DNA of 51,308 bases, the filler included, from Sphacelaria rigidula (taxonomy: Eukaryota): NCBI GenBank assembly GCA_964200075.2. It is 2 parts of 2 records of this genome, joined end to end, with 100 filler letters (N's around TTAATTAATTAA, not from the genome) between each part and the next. Parts side by side here need not be neighbours in the genome. Positions count along the whole stretch, not along the records: positions 1 to 25,610 come from CAXNAA020000159.1; 1 more part is not named here. One strand, given 5' to 3'. The notes under the pieces are model-generated. The model made no database searches. It was not told the DNA's origin and saw only the letters and a list, made by a program, of their open reading frames with translations. Both the position numbers and the translations under genes were made by a program. Positions 1 through 12,929 of this stretch are shown here, piece by piece. Each line of letters starts with the position of its first letter. Within the stretch, counting starts at the first letter, position 1.

Positions 1-205
1 TGAAAAAATCGGCATAGGGCCTCGCATTTTGTTTTAGCACTCCTGTTCATACTAGAAAATATATAGGTGTGTATCACAAATGATGACGGATATCCCAGAG
101 AGTGCACTACCCATGCATATGCGTCATTACTCTTGACTCGCACCCCTACCTGATGCGCACCGTCTCTCTCCCCCCGCTGTCGCTGGCACCTTTTCCACGA
201 ACCAG

Positions 206-484
206 ACGAACCTCCCCGACGGAGACACGATCGAGCTCGACAAGGCCTTGGAGGATGTCGTGTCTAATGTCGCCGGAGTCGAGAGTGCCCAGCTGCTCGG
301 CATGATGAGTCCAAGTCTTTTCGATCGTGAGTACCCGCCTAGTGTTGAATGTGTCGGTATCGTCCTCGCGTGGTGCCAAGTAAATGGATACGTTTGGAAG
401 CATCATCCCCACACGGGACAAAAGGACGTCCTGTTTGCGCCAGTTTCTAATTTGAAGTTGTTGAAATTCGCCCAACTGTACTGA
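206..484 (+). CDS. Probable exon of an unknown gene that starts upstream of the window
   Basis: Pyrimidine-rich tract ends in ACCAG (201-205). The open frame TNLPDGDTIELDKALEDVVSNVAGVESAQLLGMMSPSLFD has GC3-rich codons. It either ends at a strong donor GATC|GTGAGT (326/327) or runs on to TGA at 484. No domain recognised. Confidence 0.35.
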   Translation, partial: TNLPDGDTIELDKALEDVVSNVAGVESAQLLGMMSPSLFDREYPPSVECVGIVLAWCQVNGYVWKHHPHTGQKDVLFAPVSNLKLLKFAQLY

Positions 485-1781
485 AGCGCCCGATTTATCG
501 ACTGTAACCTGCCCTATTAACCTCTGCGATCCCCCGTACCCTTCGCCGCTGCCCCCGATCAATCATTTTCGCAGGATCATGCAGAAGACGTGCAAGACGC
601 ATCTCTTCCATGTGTCGACGCTCGGCGTGACATCAAATTGCGCAGAGTCGGCGATTTGTGTAGGCCACGTACTGTCCCTCAGGGAGGAGAGCAGGGATGG
701 GGTGAGGTGGGGCAGGAGCGGTGGTCTTGGAGCCTACCGAGACCCAGCATCCGGTGTTCGTTGTACCGTTGATTGCTGTTCAGCACAGCATGGTGTTTTT
801 GTTTTGGTTAGCCAGTTCCAAGTGCTCCCGGTGTTTTGCAGCTGATTTGTTGATGCGGTAGTATTTGGTTTCCCGTGTTGATGGGCCGTGAGCTATTCTT
901 GATGAGTCCGTCGTCTCATGTTTCGAGTGCATTTTCGGAAATCCGATGCGGTTGGCGAGAGTCACTGGCAAAATCGATTTGCTGCAGCTCATAGACGGGA
1001 GGCGCTCCATTGGCTTCGTGCAAGAGAGTTTGTTATGATCCGTTGCCATCGAGGGTGAGATGATAGAACAGAATCCAGGGTCCCACCACATTTTGCGACT
1101 TTTCTCAGCACGAAAAGGCGGGATATCAGCAGTCATATCACACGCGATGACTTGCGCTTTAAAAACAAGGACGGCAACTGCGGCGAAATTTTTGAACAGA
1201 AAAGTGATTTCAAGATATCCACGAGCCCCAAGTCCACACGAATGGTGGCATCAACCGCAATTGCGAATGAATTCGGGCACAACCTGGCTAAATCGTATCT
1301 TTTACTCGAACCGCACGACTCACTACTATGGAGACCTCTTGAACGGTGCATTCTTCCACAAATGCGCGCCTGTGGTCCAGCGCGCAACATTGTCCAACAT
1401 TATTCTGCCATTTCATTCAGGCAACGGGTGGCAGGAATGTTCCAACATGCTACACATGTAAACTTTTCGTCTCATCATCGGAACCGGCGCAGCGAGACAT
1501 CCTATGAATAAAACCCCACTCTCGATCGTACTTTCAACGCTCGATTTCACGAAAACACTAATAGATTTGCCGGCAGGATTTTGCACCAATGTGCGAGGTA
1601 AGCGTTTTGTCAATTAATGATGCAGACACTCCCCGCCGCTGCCTACTCTCAATCGTATCGTAGATTCTCAATCTCACGAAAACATTGTTCCACCTATCGT
1701 CAACAAATTACGATTAAACAACGTTTTCGTGACATGAGAATAAAGCGTTTATTGAGAGTCACTTTGATCATTCGCTTCAAC

Positions 1782-2002
1782 GACGCTTTCTATGTCACGA
1801 AAAACATGGCCATACGGCGCCTGATGCTGGAGTTCAGGCCGCATGAAGCGCCTCATAGTGGCGATATTGGCTAAAACGAACCCAAGGGTGGGAATTTCCT
1901 GCTGCTCGTTGTGCTCGGCTTTTCCCATTTCGATTTATGGGAAGATTTTGCCTTCCCAAACCATGCAATTTTTTTTGGGGGGGGGCTATCGTAGAAAGTG
2001 TC
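1782..2002. mobile_element. MITE copy (GACAC-TIR family), left TIR partly deleted
   Basis: About 1790-2002 aligns by eye in inverted orientation with 20386-20595. Right end ...GGGGCTATCGTAGAAAGTGTC; left end GACGCTTTCTATG resembles the TIR start. Confidence 0.7.
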
Positions 2003-4601
2003 TCACGTAGCAATTTTTTCATTCCGTGTGTGCTTTCCATTGCCTTTGCCACCACGGGTGTGTGCTTACAGCTACACGTCGGTATGCTACTCAGGAATAT
2101 CAAGGGTATCGATGGTAAGCTACTACAGAGAGCATATATATCGGGCCTCGTGCAGGGGCAATTCGGAACTGAAACGAGGCACTCACTAATTGACCGCTTT
2201 TCACTTTCAATCGTATCCTCTACTCTCAATCTCACGAAAATATTGTTGATAGTTGAAATCACGACCTACCAGGTCGAAGCGCTCCTTTTCCACTGCACAT
2301 TTTCGACGGAGGAATAATGTGCCGAGACACGCCTCAACACCTCGACTGATCTGCTGCACCACAAACAAAAAAAATATCCCGAATAAACTAACACAGCTGC
2401 TGGAAACGTGGAACGTATCTTGGGAGAGGGTAAATCGTGAAACCTTTTTTACAGCAGAAGTTGAATCATTTTCTCGAAAGACACGTTTTCATTTTGCGCA
2501 TACGGAGAGGGGTGCAAATCTTCAAGTCAAGACTCTTGGCCGTCGTCGAGAGCGTTAACACGCCACGTGTTTTCATGCTTCTCGGAGCAAACTAGCTCTT
2601 TTAGGGATAAAAAGCAGCCAACCGTTGCTTCGAACGCGAAGATGATCGTCACTGGGTAGACACTTGATCTGAAAAGCGTGTCACTGTCACACACACATGC
2701 CGGCGAACGCTTCCGACTAGCATATAGATATATGTAACATAAATATATCCATGAGGGCATGAATAACCCCAAGGGGTAATAATAACTTTGTCCATGTGTA
2801 GCGCGCCACGAGTCTGCCTGTGGCTCAGGGCAATTCGCCATGCCTGCCATATGTGTACGCATGCGTGCAGGCGTCACTACTCTTTGCGGCTCTCACTCAG
2901 AGAAAGAGTGCGGTCGGTACAGCACACTTTCACTGGCGACCCATGTAATCGCACACAGGATCAAGGGTACGGCACAGACACGGCTATTCATTATGAAGTG
3001 TCCATTTTTCATGTGTCGGGGAGGTTTACACTCAGGGGATCCTGTCAAATACCCACTGTTTCTTTTACCAGTTCATACTAAGGGTGTACCCTGAAAATTT
3101 CACTGCTCCCGACAGTCAATACCCTAAATACTCTCAGAAGACAAAACCTGCGGTACCGTGCGCTACCTCGATCACGTTTATATTCTTGTCCCTTCATCGA
3201 ACCATGATCGTGGCTGGCCAAGCTAGCCCTTTCAGGCCATTATCCAACTTAACTATTGAAAGCATACGTGTCTCGAAACTTCCACGTCATAAGCAATCGC
3301 TCTTCCGCCACCGCTGCTAAAACCTCCAAGAACTGTTGTTCTAATTACTGCCTGGCCCATTGCTGCCATCTCATCACGGCCAAATTTTCTCGCACAGTAC
3401 TACAGTAGTCTAACCGTTCGGACGGCGGTCGCAAAAGCCCAACAAGCAAAAAACAGCATGACTCCGGTACATAAAACACGACACGCTCTCACCCACACGG
3501 TGCAAGATAGTCGTACAAAAGAGACCAATCTGTGGGGGTTGCGAAATTCCAAGTAAAAAAAGTGATACTTGTACGGCACACCATACATGGACCGCCTCGA
3601 CGGTGCTCTTCAAACCAATCACAACACGAGCAGATGGTGCCTTTTGGAACTACTTGACCTATGATGTACGCGTATAGCAAAACGATGACCGACTGTGAGT
3701 GGCTCAGTCACTGAAACTCTGCTCTCATTCATCTTACCATAACTGCCTCATCGCACGTGAACGAAAAACAACACGAATGGCAAGACAAACACAGAATCCA
3801 AACACTTGGAAACACACGACGTGACAACCTTGGGATCAAAACCGCTACCGGACTTGGGTGGAGTGTTGCTACCGTGTTGTACCTACCGTTGGCTCTTTGC
3901 CGACAAAACATGACGAGAAAAATCGAGAAGAGATGACCATCCAGGCTATCGCTATTGTCGACACAATACTCCAATAGAATGATGGTGGTGTGCACCGACA
4001 CTCCTCCTAAAACGCTACCTTGTGATCAACTGGACAGTTACTTCGTCGATCAAACCAACAAGAAAGCGCGTTATTCTATATCAGCAAGGGTCCCTTTTGA
4101 AATTATGTCGCTATGGTCAGCCATGTCACTGCAGGCAAGATATCAGAAATCACTCACTCCTGCGCAGACTGCGACCCGTACGCCATCACGTGTCCAGGAT
4201 TTCATGTTTGAGCTATCTGTCTAATCTCCCTTCCTCTTCTTGTTATCTCCAGCCACGATTACAGCGACTTCCCCCCCCCCCAACCGCCCGCCCGCCACCT
4301 TCGCAATGTGTCGGCATGTGGGTCAACAAATCGCTCACTGCTCGCCCATGGCAAGGGCGAACACGCCGAACAACAAGAACACTGCTCCTCCCGCAAGGTG
4401 TACTGTCTTCTCCGAGATTCTGATCGTTGAAGTCATAAATCATGGTCGAACATCAAATCAGCAAAAAGGAAACAAAAGAGGTTGGCGCCAACAATCGAGG
4501 TCGGGGGGAAGGGGGTTGGGAGAGAAGGATAATAACAACCCGAGACACCGGGGAACAGAGATGGCTCGATAATTTCAATACAGTAGTGGGCGGTCTAACT
4601 A

Positions 4602-5199
4602 CGAACTGGGCCAGCCAAGAACAGGAGTGAATCTCGCTCAGGCGACGCCCGGCGCGATATTAGGAGTTGGACGCTGAAATTTTGACAGCCGCTTCTCATG
4701 ATCGAAATGCAGAAGATTACGGGTCCAGCAAATGAAAAATAAAAAAATAAAAAGTTATGGGCATTTGAAATTTTCAGCAAAAACAAGATAATGTCATAAG
4801 TCCAGGGGAAAAAAAAGAGAATCTGCAGCTGGACTCGTGAAGTATCAGTTCCTTGGGTGCAGAAGGCCTTCCTGAAATTTCAGCTCAAGACTTGTTGAAT
4901 TGGGCCGTGCGTTCAACATTTTCCGTGACGTTGCTGCACCCCTATAAATCAAGTGATGGGAGACTCCAATTATGGAGATCATGAGGTCAAATCCCAACAG
5001 ATTCTCTTTTTTTTCGTCCGTGGTTAAGGTTATACATTATGTAGTACATGTTTTCCTTTTTTCTTCATTCAGCGGTGGTGCCGTGTGTCACCAGGTTGGT
5101 CTACACTTCACTGTGATATGCTTACATCGGGTTCATTCGGGAAACTGGGGAAGCTGTGATGCGAGCAACTTTTAGCAGCTTTTAAGTTGGCCCAGCTCG
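4602..5199. mobile_element. TA-flanked MITE of about 600 bp (Tc1/mariner-type inferred), copy 1
   Basis: TA|CGAACTGGGCCAGC at 4600 and GTTGGCCCAGCTCG|TA at 5186-5201 form TIRs with a TA duplication. A full-length inverted homologue lies at 48616-49303. Confidence 0.85.
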
Positions 5200-5950
5200 T
5201 AGGCGTTTTGAGTTGTGACAAAGGAATGATTCTGAACCCAAAAAGTGTAGTGTCTACCTCAGTCCACCAGCGGGAGGGTCGCTGTCTAAGGGTTAAGTGG
5301 CCCTGTATATTTCGTTTCTTGCCTACATATTCAAAACGTAGAAGCCACACAAGAGGGCGTACCCCTTTCCCTATCTCCCGCACGAGCAGCACGGGGTGTG
5401 AGGGGAACAAGCAAACCGCTGTGGTTCCATGCATGCTGCTTGTATGTATGTCAAGTTGTGCTCGTTCTGTTCAATTGGCTATGGCTATGGGGGGGGGGGG
5501 GGGGGTGTTTCCCGCATCACTTGGGCAAAAAGCCAAAAACAACCCCNNNNNNNNNNTGTGTCTGTTGGGCATTTGCTCCCGTGCTTTCCGTGGTTGTGGG
5601 GGGGGGGGGGGGGGGGGGGGATTTTCCCGCATACCTCGGGCACAAATCCAGAAACCATACCACCACACCTTATGCGGCGGCTACGGCAGGTACACCCCCC
5701 ACTGAAAAATGCCACGCTATTCACCCGCTCAGCGACAGCTGTGTGTATTGGTCATACATACCAGTAAAAGTTGTCTTTACACCGCAAAAAATTGCTGACC
5801 GTGGCGCAAGCACAAAAAACTATAATGCGCGGCACGTGCATGGCAGCAGCCTTTTCTATGTGCGCGCTGTCTCACAACCTCTTCAATTATTCCGAAGCCC
5901 CCCCCCCCAAATAGTTCGGGTTCGGTAAACTGGGGGTCCGGGCGCCGACT

Positions 5951-6402
5951 GCCGCTTCTTGTGGCAAACGAAAAAAGTCCTATAAAAGTGCCTCTGTGGT
6001 CCTTTTGTGTCGACTCACGCCCTAAGAGAGAGTTGGGCGGATTTGGACACCCTGGATGAGTTGCCTCACTCGTTGAAATGGTCTCAGGACACCTTTTCGT
6101 TTGCCGGCGGCCGTGGCTTTTTTTTCGCCAGACTTGCACTTTTGTCTAAGAACGGTCACTGACGGCCATGTGCAGAAGAAACTGCCAGCTCGTTTTGAGC
6201 TTGGTAGTCCTTGGGCAAAGTTTGGCCGGGAAAAGAACTGCGACCACCGGAAATCGCAAAGGTATCTTGAAACCGTGTCAACGAGTAGAGGAAGCCATTC
6301 CGAAGTATCAAAATCCGCCTACCCCTCTTTTAGGGCGTGAAACGACGCGCAAACACCAAAGAGGCAGTTTAATGTTTTTGTTTGTTTGCCATAAGAAGCG
6401 AC
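5951..6402. mobile_element. Fold-back element with long imperfect inverted arms (MITE-like)
   Basis: About 5953-6137 is the diverged reverse complement of about 6215-6400 (e.g. CGCTTCTTGTGGCAAAC vs GTTTGCCATAAGAAGCG; CACGCCCTAAGAGAG vs CTCTTTTAGGGCGTG). Spacer about 75 bp. Confidence 0.75.
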
Positions 6403-6638
6403 CTAAGGGATGAGAAAACGTCAACATACTCCCGGTTGTGAAAGACGTTTCGGGGTTGTAAACATAAGTCATCCTGTCAATCCTTATATCGCCTGAGTAT
6501 ATGCTTTCATCCGCTTATACTAGTCTCGCTCGATCCCCTATGCATGCACTTGCTGTTGCGTGATCCATCCCGCAGGTTGGGTCTTGTCTTATCCTCAATA
6601 TGTCAAAACAAGAGCTCGCCAGGTAATGCTACAGTCGA

Positions 6639-8140
6639 ATGGAAAAACCAGTAACCTGTAGCAGCACGCACCTAAGTCTACAAGTACCGACGATATCCGC
6701 TATGACTCCCTCGTCCACGTCGGCTGAGGCTATCAATCACCCGCCTGCCGCAGTCAGTTGCACCGTCGCGCTGCCGACAACAGCATCTAGCGTTACGCCA
6801 CGCTGGCGCCGCGAGCTCGTATTCCGCGCGCACAGCGCTCCCGCACTCGTGGCCGTCAGAGAAGATTGCGACGGTAGCAAGGGGAAAGAGGGAGCGTGTC
6901 TTTCTGGGGAAATAAGGACGGAGAATTGCCTGTCCGATCTTGACAGGTTCGTGTCACAAACGCCGCTGTACCGTGTTTCGAGAGATGATGATTGTGCTAC
7001 TACAACTCGTCGAGTTGAGACGCCTGAACTCTGTGTCTCTGGACCTGTGGCTGTGACTCCGTACGACGGCTCTTGGCAACGATGTCTCGAGACCACCACT
7101 ACGTCGAGCACAAAAGCAAGTACAAGGCAAGTTTGTCGCTTTCCCTGCCACCAACAGCTGCTTGAGCGACGCGATGCGGGTCTACCTCGTCCACGTCTAC
7201 TCCAATCACCACAACCACTGGTACTGGCCGCTGCACCAGCGCCGCCCTCAACGCCGCCGCCGCCGCCACCGGCGACCGTGGATACAGTTGAAAATATAGG
7301 GAATGTATCTCTTGCAGCCATTGAAGCATGGGAAGCAGCAGAAGCGTGGGCCTTCACCATGGCATCGGCGACCGCTGCAACAGTGGCAAACACAGAGTCG
7401 GACGACCACGCGACAGCAACCACAGAAAACGGGCCATTGGATTTGGCGAGATGTCGAGAGCGTTTGAATACTTCTCCCTCTTGTAGAGATTACAGTAGCT
7501 GTCGCCACGATCAGGAGGTCGTAGACTATCGTTACGTAAGCCGACATCGATCGGTCGTGACACCTGATTCAACAACAGCCAAGGTGTGCGCGGATGTTGC
7601 CGCTGCCGCCGTGCGCGACCGCGGTGTCACTCGGTGTTCGGCGATGATGGCAGGCTTCTCGTCGGATGTGCGCCACCCGCAACCGTCACCGCTGGCGCCA
7701 CCACTACGTGTCCACACAACACCACCGCAGGAGACGGGAAGGAGCAGAGCACCCTTCGAGTCCGCCGGGCGACGATTCCCCTCCTCCACAAACGCAGATC
7801 CTAAAACCCAGTTCGTACCATTGACGGGCGCCGCGATAGTAGTCCTGCAGAGAATCGAGGATGCGGAGCGAACGTGGAGAAGGCACGCACAGTGGATGGG
7901 GGTGGCCATGCTGAGAGCTCACTGCCTATGGTTGAAAGAGCTGAGAGCTATGCAAACCGCCTCCACAGTTCATTGGAAGCGCGTGTGCCTGAGACGGGGG
8001 CTTCGGGCTATCAAGGCAACGGCGCAGTGGGCAGGAAGGAGGCGCGAGACCGTGCGCACGGCCGCTGCAGCTTCTGCGGCGATAGCGCACTCATTTTATC
8101 GGGCACGACGGCATCAAAGGAGCATGACTATGATGAAGAG
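6639..8140 (+). CDS. Sfi1-like repeat protein, coding exon 1
   Basis: 501-aa ORF. ATG at 6639 has an in-frame TAA upstream at 6624. Ends AAG AG|GTGAGC (phase 2). The C-terminal part has Arg/Trp-rich repeats (ASTVHWKRVCLRRGLRAIK). The true start codon is uncertain. Confidence 0.7.
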
Positions 8141-8518
8141 GTGAGCGTGGTTTGTACATCCATTCATGATGCCGTGGGGTTAAAACGAGCGATACGTGAA
8201 TATTGAGAGCAAGATTCGAACTTCTTCGTGGCTACGAGGTTTCACTTGATCATACCAAAGCATACCCTGACAGTCTTGTGAACCAAAGCCCTGAGACACT
8301 CACCCATATTGCCATCCAGCGCCACCCTTTTTTTTTCTCCTCAACATTTTCGATAAACATACTCCATATTCATAATGGTACTTGGGTAGAAACCGAGCTG
8401 TCACGAAAAGCTTCACATAGCGCTTACACGTTCACCTTTTTAGTATGCTCACGAGTTAGCCAGCTGGTCACGTTTAAAATTAAGGCTTGAGAACCGCCAC
8501 CTGCCTTGTTTTGGTCAG

Positions 8519-8635
8519 GAACCGACAGGCACGTACGGCACTGCGTTCTCGGGATGATCTGGCGGAGTTACACCTTGCTGAACGTCGCGTGCCAGAAGCT
8601 GTTCGGGCTTGGGCGCGGAGGGCTGGAGATATCAA
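8519..8635 (+). CDS. Sfi1-like repeat protein, coding exon 2
   Basis: Acceptor ctgccttgttttggtcag|G, donor ATC AA|gtaaga, 117 nt, phase 2 to 2. Encodes NRQARTALRSRDDLAELHLAERRVPEAVRAWARRAGDI. Confidence 0.75.
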
Positions 8636-9003
8636 GTAAGAGCGGGCGAAGGATGCCTTTCGAAGTTTTGCCCTCGGCACATCTAGCTATGAAGCATCTG
8701 CGTTGTTTCCGATCTGCATTTCTCAGATATGTTTCTCTTCTTCATAGACGAGCTTCTGCTGTACCGCAGGGAGCTGAACCGAGGCTGCCGGCCACTAAGG
8801 CGGAGCTCCATTCTGCTTCGAGATAACTGTGACTTCCATGTATATCGGATTTTTTGTGTTTTCTTCTGTTTGCTCGTTCAAGGTGAATACACACGAGTAT
8901 CTACTTTGGAAACACGAAATGCTCAGCCAATCTTACACAGTCTAGCGTTTGTAAGTCCGTCTTAATTACCCTTCGCATACCATGCTCGCCTTTTTTACTC
9001 AAG

Positions 9004-12000
9004 GTGCTACCGACTAAATCATGATGCAGCCGCGAAGTTGTGGAAGTCACGGGTTCTTCCAGCTGCACTAGCGCAATGGGTAGTCGTGTCGCTCGGGGAT
9101 GGTGAGAGCCGCCGCCGCCGCCAGACTTGGCGACATGCGCTGTTGCAGTCATCGCTGTACACCAGCACTCACGTTCTTGGTGGTGAAGCTCTGGTGGAGG
9201 TAGACGCGGAGGAAGAGAAGTATCGACTGGATGAATTTCTGACTTCGGAGAGAGGTGGCTGCTGTACTGAAGCCCCATGCAGCCCGCGCGACGGAGGAGA
9301 ACACGGGCTGGGCGGTGACTGTATTCCGCCGCCGCAGGTGGCGACAGTAAGGGCAGATGCCTTCTCGGCGGCATCAGCAAACGCTACCAAACGGAATCTG
9401 GAGTGCGATGCAAGTGGTGGTAGCCATGAAGAAGAGGGCAATACGGCATCTGGGATGAACACAGCAGGTTTGGGACGATACAAGTCCACTGAAATAGACC
9501 TTGTTCCAGAGTCATCGGCCCTACCATGCAAATATGTGCACCGAGAGTCGGCCGGAGGGGTAGTTGTGGTCTGTAAGCCGGCGGTCTGGACAGAGGAAGC
9601 AGCTGTGCGGGGCTGGGGAGAATCCGAGATGGAAGACGGGAACGGAAAGTCAACGTTCACCGAGGCGGTAGACGCGAGACCAGGAGACGACCCAGCGCCT
9701 GATTTCAACGCCAGTCGGTGTGCCAGTGGACCAAGCGGCGCGGAACCTGAAAAGGGTGAAAGATGGAGGCGAGAAGGTAACTGTAACGTGAGCAAGACGC
9801 AACCAATACCAGTTGTGCCCTCGCAGGACGCTAGTGTAGCAGGCAGTGGACACGCAGTACCCGAGCCGACCGACGGTGGGCCAAACCCTTGGTGGAGTTC
9901 GCATGTTCAGGATTCGTCGACCTCGGGAGAAAATTCGTGCAGAAACAGAAATGTAGTCTGGCGCGAGCAGGACAACGACGGAAATATGTTCTTGCCGAAG
10001 CAGGCTCCATCTCTCGAGTCACCACAAGCTCGGCGATTGACAGAGAAAAACCCAGGCGTCGTACGTCGCATTCCATTGGCGTTGCAAGAGTGCGCAAGTG
10101 ACTCCCAGTTGGTAGTAGAATCTGCTGCGGCAGCGGCAGTAGAACGAGGAGTATCACCAGGACCGGGTGATGTAAAGGGGCGGATTGAAGATTCGAGCGA
10201 GCACTTCGACGGATCATACACCCAATACCACCGGAACGAAGGGAATAGCAACGGACGGGATGAGCACGGCAGCACGTACCATGGAATCACTGAAACGTTT
10301 GGGGGGTTCGGAGTAGAATGCCAGAAGAAGGAGAATAATACAGCACACGGGAGGGGCGGAGCCTCTGACCGCTTCGGAGATAACTGTGAGAGATTGTATC
10401 AACCGACGAGAACCACCTTATCGAAAAGGACCCCGCCAAGTGTCACACACACTGACGGGGCAGAAACGTGTAGTGTTCTAGTTGCTCGGGGAGAAGAGGT
10501 TTGCGTAACTTCAGGTACATGCAGCTCCGGCAGTGCAAATTCGACACTTGGACCATCTATTCCCCGCCAGATTCCACCGACTGATACCGGAAATGACCCT
10601 GCGTTGGTACATCTAGACGACACTGAGGTGACCTGTGCGCAATCGCTGAACATTGTACAAGATGCAGAGGTCCGGAGCACGGCGGAGTGCCACCGACACG
10701 GCCCAAACTTGACAAACGGATCTGATGGTGCCATCGCGCTGGCACAGTCAGGGAGTGATGTAGAGTTCGGATTACCGAAGCAACAGAGTCCGCCGGCCGA
10801 GTCACTAGAATCGAAAACGGTGCTACTCTGCCCTGTTGAGCAAGAGCAAGCGGCCGCGCTTGGTGTGCTTTCCCCACGAGAAGGCCGCGTGAGAAAGCAC
10901 GTCAGGGAGGTGAACGGCGGCCATCACTCTCTGGCGCAAGGCACCCGAGATGGCGTGAATCGCGGAGCAACAACGGCTGGCACCGGTCGTAATAGCGCCG
11001 TCATTCGTCCGTTTCTTGAAGGTGCGTCGCGATGCAGCATACAAGACAGCGACGCCATCGGAACTGCTGCATTGTTGTGTCGTACATCCCACATGGTGAA
11101 AAATGTCTCTGAATCTGTGGTTGATCAGCCGACAAACTTCACGTCAGACATAGATTACGCGCGACATACACTCTCCGTCTCACCCGGCAATGCACCAGGA
11201 GCAAGAGCCGGCGTGGAAGGCATCGATGCCAAAGTTGATGCGAAGGAGAAAGAGACGCTCGAGCGGCTAGCGGCAAATATGCCGCCGACGGGATCTATGG
11301 GATCGGCTGTGGACAGTGCCCGTTCTAGCGATACCCATGAGGTGGTGGTCAGTTTCGACCGAAACGCTCGCCTGGGGACGGGAGGAGAAAGATCCGAGGA
11401 ATCGAGACAAAGTGAAAGCGAGAGATGGGCACGACGTACAACTGGAGATGATGAGCGCGGGGAGCTTCAGACCTTGGTCGCAGAGGTAGTGCCAGCGTCT
11501 TCTGAACTTTCCAGCTCGCTCTCCAGTCTTGGACCACGTTTGGGACAGAGTGTCGCTCTCAAGGTTGCGTTCGACGCCAACGTGGACTGCGCTTCAGATA
11601 TCACGCGTTCACAGATTGCTTGTGGTTCTTCCAACAACGAGCGCGCTTTCCTATCTGGAACCAGCTCATTGGCGTACTCAGGGCGCCTCGTCCACGAACA
11701 AGTAGACCCGAGGAACACACGTTCGGTCAATCCTTCGACGATGTTGACGGTAGTCGGGAAGGATACAGAAGTGCTTGGAGCTGTGGCGTCAACGACAGAA
11801 ATGAACGCAAGAAACGGCGGTCGATTGTTTACGGCATATCCAGGACCGTCAACGCCACGAGAGACCATTTGTCAAGCGATGGGGTTATCTTCGTCGACCT
11901 TCCCCGGCTCAAGTGACAGTGGTGCGTTTTTTTTCCTGGATTATAGTCCAGATGCGTCACTGCATAAGGAAACTCACGCACCAATGGTGGCTTCTAACCA

Positions 12001-12645
12001 GCAGCATGCCCAAGAGCTGAAGCTGGGCCACGGGTTGCAGAGCCTGCAAAGCCTACAGCGTCTCCCCCCATCGTTTAGCTGCTTTGATGCTACCGGCGCT
12101 GTTGCTGCGAGACCTCAAGCAGTAGGCAATGATGGAGACGCTGTTGGACCAGTTGACGGTTGGCAAGGTTTCTCCAACGATTCTGCAGAAAAACCCGACT
12201 GCAGGGCAGCAGCAGCAACAGGAAGGGACGGGAGCAGAAGTCACCATAGATATCGTACCAACGGCGATCGTGGCGGGGGCAGGGGTGGGAACGTTCAAGG
12301 GGTCGTCTGTGTTGGGGGCAGTAGCAGAAGCAGCGGGAGCAACGACAACGACAACAACAGCAGCAGCAGCGGGAGCAGCAGTAGCAACAACAACAACAAC
12401 GACGACCACGACGACCACAACAGCAGCAACAACAGCAACAACAGCAACAACAGCAACAACAGCAACAGCAACAGCATCAGAGAGCAAGGCTTGAAACCTA
12501 TAGTGATCACTTCTTTAGCTACCGTGAACGACGCTCGTTGCAACAGTAAAGCAAAAAGCGGTAGCAGCCGGGGTAGCGCGACGCGGCTGAAACAACGTGT
12601 GTCGGAGGCGTTTTCGACACGGCGCCTCTGCAATATGGCTTTGCG
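9004..12645 (+). CDS. Sfi1-like repeat protein, coding exon 3 (3.6 kb, mostly low-complexity)
   Basis: Acceptor ttttttactcaag|G, donor TTG CG|gtgagc, phase 2 to 2. Contains the 1203-aa ORF. Starts with the repeat AAKLWKSRVLPAALAQW and ends leading into LCNMALRQW. Confidence 0.8.
12340..12476 (+). repeat. Coding trinucleotide microsatellite (AAC/AGC/GAC) encoding poly-N/S/D
   Basis: Direct reading; translates as NDNDNNSSSSGSSSSNNNNNDDHDDHNSSNNSNNSNN within exon 3. Confidence 0.9.
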
Positions 12646-12929
12646 GTGAGCCATTTGTCTGCATTATTTGCTCGTCCACTGGAGCGGGTTGCTTCATCCA
12701 CGGGGGGAAAGCTCGCCACATGTTTGTATCGGCCGCAACTGGTATGTCTATTTTTATCGATATAGCCGCCTCTTTCCATCATTTTTACGTTGGCATATTT
12801 CAAGTTTTAGTCATCTCGACCCTGAAATTGTGTCGACCTGTAGAAAGCTTCAAAATGCCACCACGATCTCTACACACCATTTTCGCTTGCACTCGAACCC
12901 CTTCTGCTCTGATCCCGAAACCATCGCAG

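Noticed and set aside
146-562. 138-aa minus-strand ORF with a donor-like ATCAG|GTAGGG
   Set aside because: It starts at TTG directly after a stop and has no good acceptor. The overlapping plus frame has better splice signals and codon usage.
5487-5670. Apparent direct repeat with poly-G runs flanking a 10-N gap
   Set aside because: Probably the same sequence read twice at low quality after a G homopolymer (assembly overlap), not a real duplication.
8748-8850. Extra exon between exons 2 and 3
   Set aside because: Acceptor-like sites exist, but the frames either stop or lack a good donor. Exon 2 joins exon 3 in phase and preserves the repeat pattern.
12053-12654. Poly-V, poly-L and poly-T ORFs
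   Set aside because: These are alternative-frame or antisense translations of the trinucleotide repeat in exon 3.
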